Made by a program: the position numbers and the translations under genes
NCBI GenBank assembly: GCA_002420015.1
Contig: DIHF01000054.1
Location: forward strand, 30,943-94,942
Reading direction: 5' to 3'
Source: Micavibrio sp. UBA5703
GTDB taxonomy: Bacteria; Pseudomonadota; Alphaproteobacteria; Micavibrionales; Micavibrionaceae
Length of the DNA: 64,000 bases
The notes under the pieces: model-generated
Told to the model about the DNA's origin: nothing
Database searches by the model: none
Seen by the model: the letters and a program-made list of their open reading frames with translations, nothing else
Shown here: piece after piece, positions 19,486 to 28,424 of the stretch
How the letters are laid out: every line of letters starts with the position of its first letter
Position numbering within the stretch: the first letter of the stretch is position 1

Positions 19486-20379
19486 TTACTTAGCGGGAGC
19501 AGACGGCTCCCCCCACTCTGTTAGTGGGGAACTCCTGTCTTTCACGGGTTCTTTCTTTGGTTCCGGTAACTCAGAGAACATTTTGATAATAATATCTTCC
19601 GGCAATACCCTTTTGCCTTTTTCATTTCGTGCTTCTGTGAAGGCTTTAACAGTGATTCTCATGGATTTATTCAGTTCCGGATTGATTTGTGCTGCATAGC
19701 CGAACGCTGCTCCGTGCTCCAGAACGCTTCCTCCAATTTGTTCACCTGGCTTATTGCTTCTGCGATCAAGGAAGTGATTGAGCATCGCCATGCCTGTTTG
19801 ATGTTTATGCATTAGATCGGCCATTTCTTTTTCATGTGCCTGAGCACCCTTTACTTCCTGAAGTGCAGTAAGTCCGCATTGGAGCTTTCGACGGTCGCCA
19901 CTAGAGAGGTTATCAAAGACGATTTCTTTTCTATCTTTTGCTGACATGGCAGCAACGTCTTCAAGTGTTAGAGGAGAATCGATCCCACTGTTGTTGCTTT
20001 TACCAGCGCCCGCGCCCCCGCCACCTATCGGGCCGGCGCCGCCAAGAGAGAAAGTCCACGCATCGCCGCACTTATCACGGACGTACAGCCATGGCATGGA
20101 AGGTGCATTGAACATTACTGGTCCGCGTATGTTGATATCGTTGCTTAGGTTCGAGTTCCCCCCTGTGCCGCCAGTACCACCTGTGGCGTTACCACCATCA
20201 CCGCCTCTGCCGCCATATCCGGTACCGCCTCTGGCAGTGTTATTGATGTCTATATCGTTACTGGCAGGCGGCATCGGTCGATTACCCCCCGCCTGCGCAT
20301 CTGCGGCACCCATGGCGGCGGCCAGCAGTACAGGTCCCGCGACAACTTTGAAAAATGTTCCACGCATATTCAAGTTCAT
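19486..20379 (-). CDS. hypothetical secreted Gly-rich protein
   Basis: Signal peptide MNLNMRGTFFKVVAGPVLLAAAMGAADAQA, followed by GGTGYGGRGGDGGNATGGTGGTGGNS tracts. The C-terminal ~150 aa are of unknown type. Confidence 0.6.
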   Translation of the reverse strand: MNLNMRGTFFKVVAGPVLLAAAMGAADAQAGGNRPMPPASNDIDINNTARGGTGYGGRGGDGGNATGGTGGTGGNSNLSNDINIRGPVMFNAPSMPWLYVRDKCGDAWTFSLGGAGPIGGGGAGAGKSNNSGIDSPLTLEDVAAMSAKDRKEIVFDNLSSGDRRKLQCGLTALQEVKGAQAHEKEMADLMHKHQTGMAMLNHFLDRRSNKPGEQIGGSVLEHGAAFGYAAQINPELNKSMRITVKAFTEARNEKGKRVLPEDIIIKMFSELPEPKKEPVKDRSSPLTEWGEPSAPAK

Positions 20380-20515
20380 GATTTTCTCCCGTTTTCTGCC
20401 CTCCCTGGGGGCGGATAAATGTTATGGCTGTGGTCTGTCTATTCCATAAAAGTGCAATTTATGTCAAGGTTTATTGCATAATATTGGGATTTTATTTGCA
20501 TAAGTCTAAAAAATC

Positions 20516-22588
20516 GTGTATCTACTGCGCCGTAAACCCTGTAAACATGGCAAGAAGACACTGGAATTGACATCAATGCTAGGTCAAACCCCCACTTTCG
20601 AAGAGCAAGCAACGCTCTTGCTACCCTCTCCCCCGGAGGTCGAAAAGCCAAGAGGGATTCGCGGCTGGTTCAGGCGCTTTTGGGAATGGCTGAGTGGCGA
20701 AGAGGACATATCTTCGGGCGAGCATCGCTCCAAAGTCATAATCGATGTACAGGAATCAGATAAAAAGGGTTTCTTTGACAGGTTTGCTATCTCAGACACA
20801 GAGGCTGAAAAGCTTGAGCGCGAGCATGCTGCGGCGGCAAGAAGACATGTGGCTGAAGCAAAGATGCGGGCTGCGGAGATAGGCCTTCAGGCAGACGGAA
20901 AACCGATTTATCTGTCTGATCTGTCCTTGAAGGAGGAAACATCCGATACCGCTGCGGCGGGCACGGATCAAAAGAAACAAGCCCACCCCGAAGATTTTTC
21001 TTTAAGAACGTGGCCATTAGGGTTTTCACAAGCGCCACAGGACTATGATAAGCCTTCCGTCGAAACCACCAAGCAAAAGGAAACTCCTGCGGTGGAACCG
21101 CAAGAGCCGGATGATGACGGCGATGGTTCTGTCGTTGCGCCGGAACCGGTCATCGTCGTCGTTGCACCCGTCGATGCAAACACTGCTGAAACAGTTGCCG
21201 CAGTTCCACCCGAAGTGCCGCAAAACCAAGGCAAACAGAACGAAACGCCCGGCCCGGCAAATGAAAATCCCGCGCCTGTGGTTGTTAAGAAGAAAAAGGG
21301 TAAGGGATTTTTCAAGGGCGCGTTCCTGAGTGTTGCCGTGCAGGGCGCTGCGAAATACGGTATGCGCGAAGGCATGACGCAGCTTGGCTGGCTCGGTGGT
21401 CCGACTGGCGTTTTTGCGACGGCGGCGGGCAGCTCTGTTGTCGTGACGGGTTTTGCCATCGGTGCCGACTACCGCGCTGCAAAGAAAAAAATTCTTGAGG
21501 AAATGAAAAAGAATAATGCCGAGAGCGTTTGGAGCAATCAGGGCCGCCGCGAAGTTTTGCGGACCATCTTCAACAAGGAAGGCCGTAGAAAGTACGGCGT
21601 TACAGCCGCCAAATCGTTCGTCGGCGGTCTTTTCGGCGGCGGCGCTGTGGCGGGTATTGCTGAGCTTGTCGAATCGCCGGATATGTTTGCAAGCCTTAAA
21701 GACAAACTCAAAATTGCCAAGGATGCCGTTGTTGCGAAATACGAGACTTTGATGGGAACTGCTCCTCCGGCGGAACCTACATTGAAAGAACGATTGGTGG
21801 GACGTGACCCAGATCCAACGAGCGTCCCTACTGTTACTGCCGCCACGATTAATCCGCAGACTGTAACGGTTCCCGTTCCTGCTGTTTCTGCTTCTCCTGT
21901 TGCACCGCCGTTGCCGGTGGGTGGGGATGATGCGCCGCTTCCTGCGGCGGCTGTAGTTGCAGATGCTAAAGAGCCGCTCATCATGCCGGTTCTTGAAAAT
22001 TTTGAGGGTTTTGCCGATAAGGGCGGCTTGGAACCATCAACGGTGGAAAAAATTGCGGAAGCTCAGCATGGCGACGCCAAAGCCATCTGGCAGCTGGCCG
22101 ATAATTTTGCGAATGGCACCGGCGGTGTTCAGCAGGACAAAGGCATGGCAAAAATTTTCTGCGCCGAGGCCGACAGGCTGCTGGATAAAGATTCGGTTTG
22201 TCCGGAAGGTGATTCGACGAAGGATCATAACAAACTGTTTGAAAAGCAGCTTGAGCAATGGGACGCCGAAAATGCCGCCAGCGATGTGCGTCTTGCCGAA
22301 TGGGATGGGAAGATTGAAGAAGTTCGGAAAGAAAACGATGGGCACTTTGCCGAATTGAAATCACATCTTGATAAAATGGACGGATATGTCGCCGACCAGA
22401 ATACCATTCTGGATGAAATTCTTGGGCCGGAAGAAGTTTCAGCCTTGCAGGAGGTTAACGCTGTAGAAGCGGATCATGATCCGGGCGAAGAATGCGCCGT
22501 GACGGATAACGGGGATGACACCTATGAAGTTGTATGCAGAAGCCGGGATCTTAACGTCGGCGACGAATTCATCGCCCATATAAAATAA
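20516..22588 (+). CDS. hypothetical membrane protein with a Sel1-like repeat
   Basis: 690-aa ORF (GTG 20516; first in-frame ATG at 20576). It has Pro/Val-rich linkers and hydrophobic segments (FLSVAVQGAAKYG..., GPTGVFATAAGSSVVVTGFAIG, FVGGLFGGGAVAGIAELV). It also has one Sel1-type motif, HGDAKAIWQLADNFANGTGGVQQDKGMAKIFCAEA. Confidence 0.6.
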   Translation: MYLLRRKPCKHGKKTLELTSMLGQTPTFEEQATLLLPSPPEVEKPRGIRGWFRRFWEWLSGEEDISSGEHRSKVIIDVQESDKKGFFDRFAISDTEAEKLEREHAAAARRHVAEAKMRAAEIGLQADGKPIYLSDLSLKEETSDTAAAGTDQKKQAHPEDFSLRTWPLGFSQAPQDYDKPSVETTKQKETPAVEPQEPDDDGDGSVVAPEPVIVVVAPVDANTAETVAAVPPEVPQNQGKQNETPGPANENPAPVVVKKKKGKGFFKGAFLSVAVQGAAKYGMREGMTQLGWLGGPTGVFATAAGSSVVVTGFAIGADYRAAKKKILEEMKKNNAESVWSNQGRREVLRTIFNKEGRRKYGVTAAKSFVGGLFGGGAVAGIAELVESPDMFASLKDKLKIAKDAVVAKYETLMGTAPPAEPTLKERLVGRDPDPTSVPTVTAATINPQTVTVPVPAVSASPVAPPLPVGGDDAPLPAAAVVADAKEPLIMPVLENFEGFADKGGLEPSTVEKIAEAQHGDAKAIWQLADNFANGTGGVQQDKGMAKIFCAEADRLLDKDSVCPEGDSTKDHNKLFEKQLEQWDAENAASDVRLAEWDGKIEEVRKENDGHFAELKSHLDKMDGYVADQNTILDEILGPEEVSALQEVNAVEADHDPGEECAVTDNGDDTYEVVCRSRDLNVGDEFIAHIK

Positions 22589-22600
22589 CCGGAAAGCTTT

Positions 22601-22957
22601 TTAGTATTCCGACTTCACTTCGTTGTTGCCGTCCATCAGAAGAACAGTCGGCTTGTAGTTCCGGGCCAGTTCCTTTTCCACCTGACCATAGGCGCAGATA
22701 ATCACAAGATCGTCTTTTTGCACCAGACGTGCCGCCGCGCCGTTGATGCCGATCTTGCCGGAGCCTTTGGGGGCCTCGATCGCGTAGGTGGTAAAGCGCG
22801 CCCCGTTGTTGATGTTGAGGATGTCCACCTGTTCATACGGCAAAATTCCGGCGCGCTCCATCAACCCGCCGTCGATGGAGATCGAGCCTTCATAGTTCAG
22901 ATCGGCTTCCGTGACTTTCGCCCGGTGGATCTTTGTTTTCAACATGGTGAGCAGCAT
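22601..22957 (-). CDS. panD: aspartate 1-decarboxylase
   Basis: [58 protein letters not shown]... This includes the self-processing Gly-Ser (YEGS) site. Confidence 0.95.
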   Translation of the reverse strand: MLLTMLKTKIHRAKVTEADLNYEGSISIDGGLMERAGILPYEQVDILNINNGARFTTYAIEAPKGSGKIGINGAAARLVQKDDLVIICAYGQVEKELARNYKPTVLLMDGNNEVKSEY

Positions 22958-22969
22958 TTTATATCTCTT

Positions 22970-23043
22970 GTCATTCTGAAGGGCTTTGGCCCTGAAGAAT
23001 CTTCTTGATTGAACCAGGATCCTTCGCTAACGCTCAGGATGAC
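22970..23043. repeat. inverted pair of GTCAT...ATC hairpin units
   Basis: GTCATTCTGAAGGGCTTTGGCCCTGAAGAATC (22970-23001) and the inverted GATCCTTCGCTAACGCTCAGGATGAC (23018-23043). Both lie in the panD/HIT divergent intergenic region. Confidence 0.6.
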
Positions 23044-23082
23044 AAATAGGTGAATCCGGCCATAACGTCAAGGGGAGAGCTC

Positions 23083-23451
23083 ATGACCGCATACGACAAG
23101 AACAATATTTTCGCCAAAATCCTGCGCGGGGAGATCCCGTGTAAAAAGGTCCATGAGGATGAATACGTGCTGGCCTTTAACGATATAAACCCGCAGGCCC
23201 CGGTGCATATTCTGGTGATCCCGAAGGGTGCGTATGTATCGATCGACGATTTCGGCGCAAATGCCTCGGAAAGTGAAATCGCGGGGTTTTACCGCGCCGT
23301 GGCGAAAATCGCGCAGGAAAACAATCTGGCCGCCGGGGGTTTTCGTACCATCGCCAATACCGGATTAAACGGTGGGCAGGAAGTTCCGCATTTCCACGTC
23401 CATCTTCTGGGTGGCCGCTCGCTGGGGCCGATGCTCGCTAAGGCGGCTTAG
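23083..23451 (+). CDS. HIT-family (histidine triad) protein
   Basis: ATG at 23083 follows AGGGGAGAG. NIFAKILRGEIPCKKVHEDEYVLAFNDINPQAPVHILVIPK...GQEVPHFHVHLLGG carries the HxHxHxx motif. Confidence 0.9.
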   Translation: MTAYDKNNIFAKILRGEIPCKKVHEDEYVLAFNDINPQAPVHILVIPKGAYVSIDDFGANASESEIAGFYRAVAKIAQENNLAAGGFRTIANTGLNGGQEVPHFHVHLLGGRSLGPMLAKAA

Positions 23452-24035
23452 GATTTGCCGCCGAACGGAAACGGGATGACATTATCTGTCATTTCCGTTG
23501 TTTGCGTTCCGGCGACAACGCCGAAATCGACGGGCTCGCCCGCTTCGTTGTCGATGACGCCCACAAATTCCTCGGCGATCAGGGCGTGTGCTCCGGCCTG
23601 AATGCACAATATTTCACAAAGTGCTGCGGCCTTCGGGTCGTGGCTGGCGAAGAAGGCGGTGTTGACCTCCAGCAGATCGCAAAGCCCTTCGAGGTCTTCG
23701 GGAATCCCGGCCAGCGTGTCGAACACCAGCGCCTCGTCGATGCGCTTCTCGCGGGCGTTCTCCAGCCACAGCGGCGCGTAATCCTCGATGATGCGGTCAC
23801 ATTCGATGCCAAGAACTTTCAGCGTCGCCGACGGATACGCGGCGGCCTTTGATATTTCTTTTGCAGCCAGCGCGATGGACAGCAGCGCCGAATCCGGTTG
23901 CAGATTGCTGATGGTTTCATGCAGTGCGTATTGCTCGTCGTCGGCCATCGGCTCCGTCGCCTCCAGCATGTCGCGCACGACCATCGGCACATATAATTTG
24001 CTTGTTAAAAGTGCGGAATCTTTTTTGTTCAACAT
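23448..24035 (-). CDS. hypothetical acidic protein
   Basis: 195-aa ORF, Asp/Glu-rich, with no motif recognised. It converges on the HIT gene with a 4-nt overlap. Confidence 0.5.
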   Translation of the reverse strand: MLNKKDSALLTSKLYVPMVVRDMLEATEPMADDEQYALHETISNLQPDSALLSIALAAKEISKAAAYPSATLKVLGIECDRIIEDYAPLWLENAREKRIDEALVFDTLAGIPEDLEGLCDLLEVNTAFFASHDPKAAALCEILCIQAGAHALIAEEFVGVIDNEAGEPVDFGVVAGTQTTEMTDNVIPFPFGGKS

Positions 24036-24205
24036 GGCACACTCCTCTGTCTAATCTATCTAAAAACGCGCCCTCATATCTCCTCTCTTAAACCTAAAAA
24101 ATGAACAAGTTCTTAACGCGCTTTCCTTTTATTGGGGCCTGTGCGATAAAAAGGGTGAAAATCCAGTATTTGCAACGTTTTTGATAATTGTGGGGAAAGC
24201 GAACC

Positions 24206-25723
24206 ATGGTCGCCCGCGTTAACACCGTCGCCTTTCAGGGCATCGACGTAAAGCCCGTCGATGTGCAGGTGCAGATTGCCAGCGGCGTGGTCGCGTTCAA
24301 CATTGTCGGTCTTCCTGATAAAGCCGTGGCGGAGAGCAAAGAGCGCGTGCGTGCCGCGCTGCATGCGCTGGGTTTGTCGCTTCCGGCCAAGCGGTTGACG
24401 GTCAATCTCGCCCCCGCCGATGTGGCGAAGGAAGGATCGCATTATGATCTTCCCATCGCGCTCGGGCTGCTGGCGGCGATGGAGATTATCCCGAAGGGCG
24501 AGCTTGAGGAATATGTCGTGCTGGGCGAATTGTCGCTGGATGCGGGTATTCGCGCCGTGACGGGCGTTTTGCCCGCCGCGATGCATGCCGGAGTGAACGA
24601 TAACAAGCTGATCTGCCCGGAGGCTTGCGGCGGCGAAGCGGCCTGGGCGGGCGATATCGACATCCTCGCGCCGCGCGATCTGCTCCAGCTCATCAATCAC
24701 ATCAAGGGCACGCAGGTGATGAGCCGCCCCGTTGCGGCGCTCGGCGATCAGGGGCCTGTGCGCGTACCGGATTTATCCGAAGTAAAGGGACAGGAAACCG
24801 CCAAGCGCGCCCTCGAAATTGCGGCGGCGGGCGGGCATAATTTATTGATGATCGGCCCGCCGGGCTCAGGCAAGTCGATGATGGCCAGTTGCCTGCCCGG
24901 TATTCTGCCGCCGCTTTCGCCGCGCGAGGCGCTCGAGGTTTCGATGATACACTCGCTGGCCGGGACGCTGCCCGATGGCGGGCTATTGAAATACCGCCCG
25001 TTCCGCGATCCGCATCATTCGGCTTCGCTGCCTGCGCTGATCGGCGGCGGGCACCGCGTCAAGCCGGGGGAAATTTCCCTCGCGCATCACGGCGTTTTAT
25101 TTCTGGACGAATTGCCCGAGTTCGCGCGCGCCACGCTTGAATCGCTGCGCCAGCCTTTGGAAACCGGAGAGGCGCTGGTGGCGCGGGTCAATTCGCACGT
25201 GACATACCCGGCGCGGTTTCAACTGATCGCGGCGATGAACCCGTGCCGCTGTGGCCATCTGGGCGATCCCGATCTTGAATGCACGAAGGTGCCGCGCTGC
25301 GCCGCCGATTATCAGGCGAAAATTTCCGGCCCCATGATGGACCGCATCGACATGCAGGTCGATGTGCCGGCGGTGAAGGTCGGCGATCTGGGCGCGAGCG
25401 CGGGTGAATCTTCCGCCGTTGTCGGTGCACGTGTGGCAAAGGCGCGCCGGATACAGGAAGAACGCTACGCGCAATTTGAGACAAAGGGATTTACCGTCAA
25501 CGCCTATGCCGATGGAAAAATCCTGGAGGAAATCGCGCCGCTGCAGGACGAAGCCAAAACGCTTCTCAACAGAACGATGGAAAGCGCCAAGCTATCGGCG
25601 CGGGCATATTTCCGGGTGCTGCGCGTGGCCCGGACGATTGCCGATTTGTCCGGCGCGCCGGAGAGTATCGGCAAAACCCATATCGCCGAGGCGCTCAGTT
25701 ACCGGCGGGTGTCGATCAATTAG
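24206..25723 (+). CDS. YifB/ComM-family Mg-chelatase-like AAA+ ATPase
   Basis: ATG at 24206. The N-terminal Lon-protease-like part is VNLAPADVAKEGSHYDLPIALGLLAA. Also present are Walker A GPPGSGKSM, HGVLFLDELPEF, and the Cys cluster NPCRCGHLGDPDLECTKVPRCAADY. Confidence 0.9.
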   Translation: MVARVNTVAFQGIDVKPVDVQVQIASGVVAFNIVGLPDKAVAESKERVRAALHALGLSLPAKRLTVNLAPADVAKEGSHYDLPIALGLLAAMEIIPKGELEEYVVLGELSLDAGIRAVTGVLPAAMHAGVNDNKLICPEACGGEAAWAGDIDILAPRDLLQLINHIKGTQVMSRPVAALGDQGPVRVPDLSEVKGQETAKRALEIAAAGGHNLLMIGPPGSGKSMMASCLPGILPPLSPREALEVSMIHSLAGTLPDGGLLKYRPFRDPHHSASLPALIGGGHRVKPGEISLAHHGVLFLDELPEFARATLESLRQPLETGEALVARVNSHVTYPARFQLIAAMNPCRCGHLGDPDLECTKVPRCAADYQAKISGPMMDRIDMQVDVPAVKVGDLGASAGESSAVVGARVAKARRIQEERYAQFETKGFTVNAYADGKILEEIAPLQDEAKTLLNRTMESAKLSARAYFRVLRVARTIADLSGAPESIGKTHIAEALSYRRVSIN

Positions 25724-25731
25724 GCGTTTTT

Positions 25732-25883
25732 GAACCACGGATAAACACAGATGAACGCGGATAACAAAAACACTGCCTTTCCCGCGCAAGCGGGAATCTT
25801 GAGTCTTTATTAATCATAGATCCCCGCTTACGCGGGGAAAGCAGAAAGAAAATCTGCGTCTATCCGTGTTCATCCGTGGTTTC
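25732..25883. repeat. composite palindromic intergenic element (CACRGAT-arm family)
   Basis: GAACCACGGATAAACACAGATGAACGCGGATAAC...TCTGCGTCTATCCGTGTTCATCCGTGGTTTC. The interior hairpins are TTCCCGCG-caa-GCGGGAA and CCCCGC-tta-CGCGGGG. It begins 9 nt after the comM-like stop. Confidence 0.7.
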
Positions 25884-26073
25884 ATATGATTTTTTTCGAA
25901 TAAAACTTTATTCAACAAAATCAACAACTTAATTGTAAACAACCACAACAAATATGAAAAATTTCTTGCAGTTTCAAGGTTTTGGAGGCATAAATTTGTA
26001 AATATTAAAGGTTTTACGGTAAAATTAACTTATTAAGAAAAAGAAACATCAACAGTTTCGGGCGGCGTGAGGC

Positions 26074-27183
26074 GTGAGTAAGTTTAACAGTTTCGATAGC
26101 AACCTCTTTAACGGCGTTAGTGCTCGTTCTTACGGGCCGATGGAGTTCAATCCGTTCGCGCAGCAACAGCTTCAGGAAGCGCCGAAAGAAACCATCCTGC
26201 AATCGCTGGCTCCTAATAAGAATTTCAAGGTTGAGGCAAGGCCAGTTGAAAGCGTTGACGCAACACAAAAAAACGTTCAGTCAAATATTGATCCCAAGCA
26301 AAAAGCCGCCGATTCTGTTGGCCAGCAATGTGCAAATATGAAGGCAGATATAACTGCCACTATCAAAGAGGCGCAAGGCAAGGTCCAAGAGGTAACGAAA
26401 TCGCTTGGTCTAAATTTCAAAGAAGTTTTTCCTGATGAAAGTATGGCTCCGGATAGTTGTGCAGAGTTGGCTTGTCAGGCTATAGCGGGAGCTAATCCTA
26501 ACGGTGCGGGCTCGCTGGCTAAAATCGCCAAAGTGGGTAGCAGCATCGACACGATGGCTTTCATCGCAAGCGACAGAAAGCAGTATGCAAGCAGGGAAGA
26601 AGCGGAAGCTGCTATTGAGCAGAAGTTGAGAGAAATATCTTCGGCACCTCAGGCAGATTCGCGTGCAATGTTGAAGGCTTCAATGTCTGCCGATGCATCG
26701 CCCGAAGATAAAAAATCAGCAGGTTTCGACTGGAATAGATTTTTTGATGAGGGGCATAAACTTAAAGACTTGATGTCAATAAATCCGGAGAACCCTCAAC
26801 CTAAACTGGTTCCTGAATACACCAGAGTTTGCCAGATAGAAAATACTGTTGCTGTGGCCACAGCAACAAATATATTCGCCGAAGAAAATACGAACGAAGC
26901 ACCTGTAGGAATAGATACCCGCGATTTCGATCCAAAGATGCCATCGAAAGAACTTGAAGAAAAAGTAAAGGGAATGGATCCTGAAGAACAGGGAAAATTC
27001 AGGGGGGATTTGGAGTTGGTCAGCCAGTCCCTTGGGGGGGTTAGTGGCAAACTCAAAGGCATGGATACCAAAACAACCAGCCTTGGCCGCGATGTTAAGG
27101 ATTTGCTTGCGGAGTTGGAGCAACCAAAACCGCAATTCGATCCTCCCACGCCACGCCCCATGGCTATGGGCATGGTGGCTTAA
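26074..27183 (+). CDS. hypothetical protein (ORFan)
   Basis: 369-aa ORF with a GTG start. About 42% GC on a hand-counted sample. Hydrophilic and Lys/Glu/Gln-rich, with no signal peptide or motif recognised. Confidence 0.5.
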   Translation: MSKFNSFDSNLFNGVSARSYGPMEFNPFAQQQLQEAPKETILQSLAPNKNFKVEARPVESVDATQKNVQSNIDPKQKAADSVGQQCANMKADITATIKEAQGKVQEVTKSLGLNFKEVFPDESMAPDSCAELACQAIAGANPNGAGSLAKIAKVGSSIDTMAFIASDRKQYASREEAEAAIEQKLREISSAPQADSRAMLKASMSADASPEDKKSAGFDWNRFFDEGHKLKDLMSINPENPQPKLVPEYTRVCQIENTVAVATATNIFAEENTNEAPVGIDTRDFDPKMPSKELEEKVKGMDPEEQGKFRGDLELVSQSLGGVSGKLKGMDTKTTSLGRDVKDLLAELEQPKPQFDPPTPRPMAMGMVA

Positions 27184-27230
27184 CGAAAGCCGCTTCCTGC
27201 GCCTATTTCCATCCTTTTACACAATTACGC

Positions 27231-27258
27231 TTTGACCTGCCCCGGCGGATATTATAAG
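27231..27258 (+). promoter_or_regulatory. candidate sigma70-type promoter for the diguanylate cyclase gene
   Basis: TTTGAC, a 16-nt spacer, then TATAAG, ~70 nt upstream of the GTG at 27330. Pattern match only. Confidence 0.3.
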
Positions 27259-27329
27259 AAAGGCTCTTTCTGATCGGGGTCATTCCTGCTAGAGTTTCAA
27301 TAAAATAAAGGTTTACAAGGTTTTAGGCC

Positions 27330-28382
27330 GTGTCTTATTCGGATACCATAGAAAGAGCCAACGAATTCGCCAGCGATGCGATCGAGCGTATGCACAAGGA
27401 AGGCCTTGCGCCGACGCCGGAAAATTACGAGCTTTGGTATGTTTACTATGCAGGCCTGAACCCGGAGGTGACGCGGGCCATCGATATCCTTGTCGCCAAC
27501 AGCCAAAAAATCACCGACATACAATGCCAGGAACTTCATGCGCGCTACCTAAGCGACAACCGCGAGAACGAGCGCGTGCGCAAGGCCGGATCGGAAATTC
27601 AGGCGACCATCAAAGAGGTCAGCTCCATTGTCGAAGATGTCAAACAGGCAACATCGGAATACAACGTAACCTTGTCGGATGTAAAAAATCAGCTCTCCGA
27701 TGATATGGACCCGGAGTCTATCGTCAAGGTCGTGGACGATGTATTGTCCAGCACGCAAGGCATGGTGGCGCAAAACGAAAGGCTGGGGGCCGAGCTGAAA
27801 AAATCGGCCACGGTCATGCAGCATTTGCAACGGGAACTTGATACCGCCCGCAAGGAAGCCCTTACCGACGGCCTGACATCGCTGGCCAACCGCAAGTCGT
27901 TCGACACCGAAATACGCCGGATCGCAACAGAGGCGGTTGAAACCGGAACGGATTTTTCGCTTGTTATGCTCGACATCGACCACTTCAAAAGCTTCAACGA
28001 CAATTACGGCCACCAGGTCGGCGACCAGGTATTGCGTCTTGTCGCGCGTGCGCTTATCGATGGCGTAAAAGGCAAGGACGTGGCGGCGCGCTATGGCGGT
28101 GAAGAGTTTGCCATCATCCTGCCGGAAACAAGCTTGCAGGGCGGCCTCAAGGTGGGGGATTCGCTGCGCAAGGCTGTGGCCGGCAAGGACGTCATCAACA
28201 AATCGACCGGCGACAAGCTGGGCCGCATCACGCTTTCGGGCGGCGTGGCGCAGTATATTCCCGGCGAATCAATCGAAGACCTTATCGGCCGCGCCGATAG
28301 CGCACTATACGAAGCCAAGAACAAAGGCCGAAACCAGATCTGCGGTTCGGCCCAGCCCACCCGTAAAAGATTTTCACCCTGA
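27330..28382 (+). CDS. diguanylate cyclase (GGDEF domain, GGEEF active site)
   Basis: DGLTSLANRKSFD...MLDIDHFKSFNDNYGHQVGDQVL...ARYGGEEFAIILPET...TLSGGVA...ADSALYEAKNKGRNQ. The N-terminal ~170 aa look helical or coiled-coil and match no sensor domain I know. Confidence 0.9.
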   Translation: MSYSDTIERANEFASDAIERMHKEGLAPTPENYELWYVYYAGLNPEVTRAIDILVANSQKITDIQCQELHARYLSDNRENERVRKAGSEIQATIKEVSSIVEDVKQATSEYNVTLSDVKNQLSDDMDPESIVKVVDDVLSSTQGMVAQNERLGAELKKSATVMQHLQRELDTARKEALTDGLTSLANRKSFDTEIRRIATEAVETGTDFSLVMLDIDHFKSFNDNYGHQVGDQVLRLVARALIDGVKGKDVAARYGGEEFAIILPETSLQGGLKVGDSLRKAVAGKDVINKSTGDKLGRITLSGGVAQYIPGESIEDLIGRADSALYEAKNKGRNQICGSAQPTRKRFSP

Positions 28383-28424
28383 AAATCAATTGTGTCCCAT
28401 CGCCAAACCCCCTATCAATAAGCC

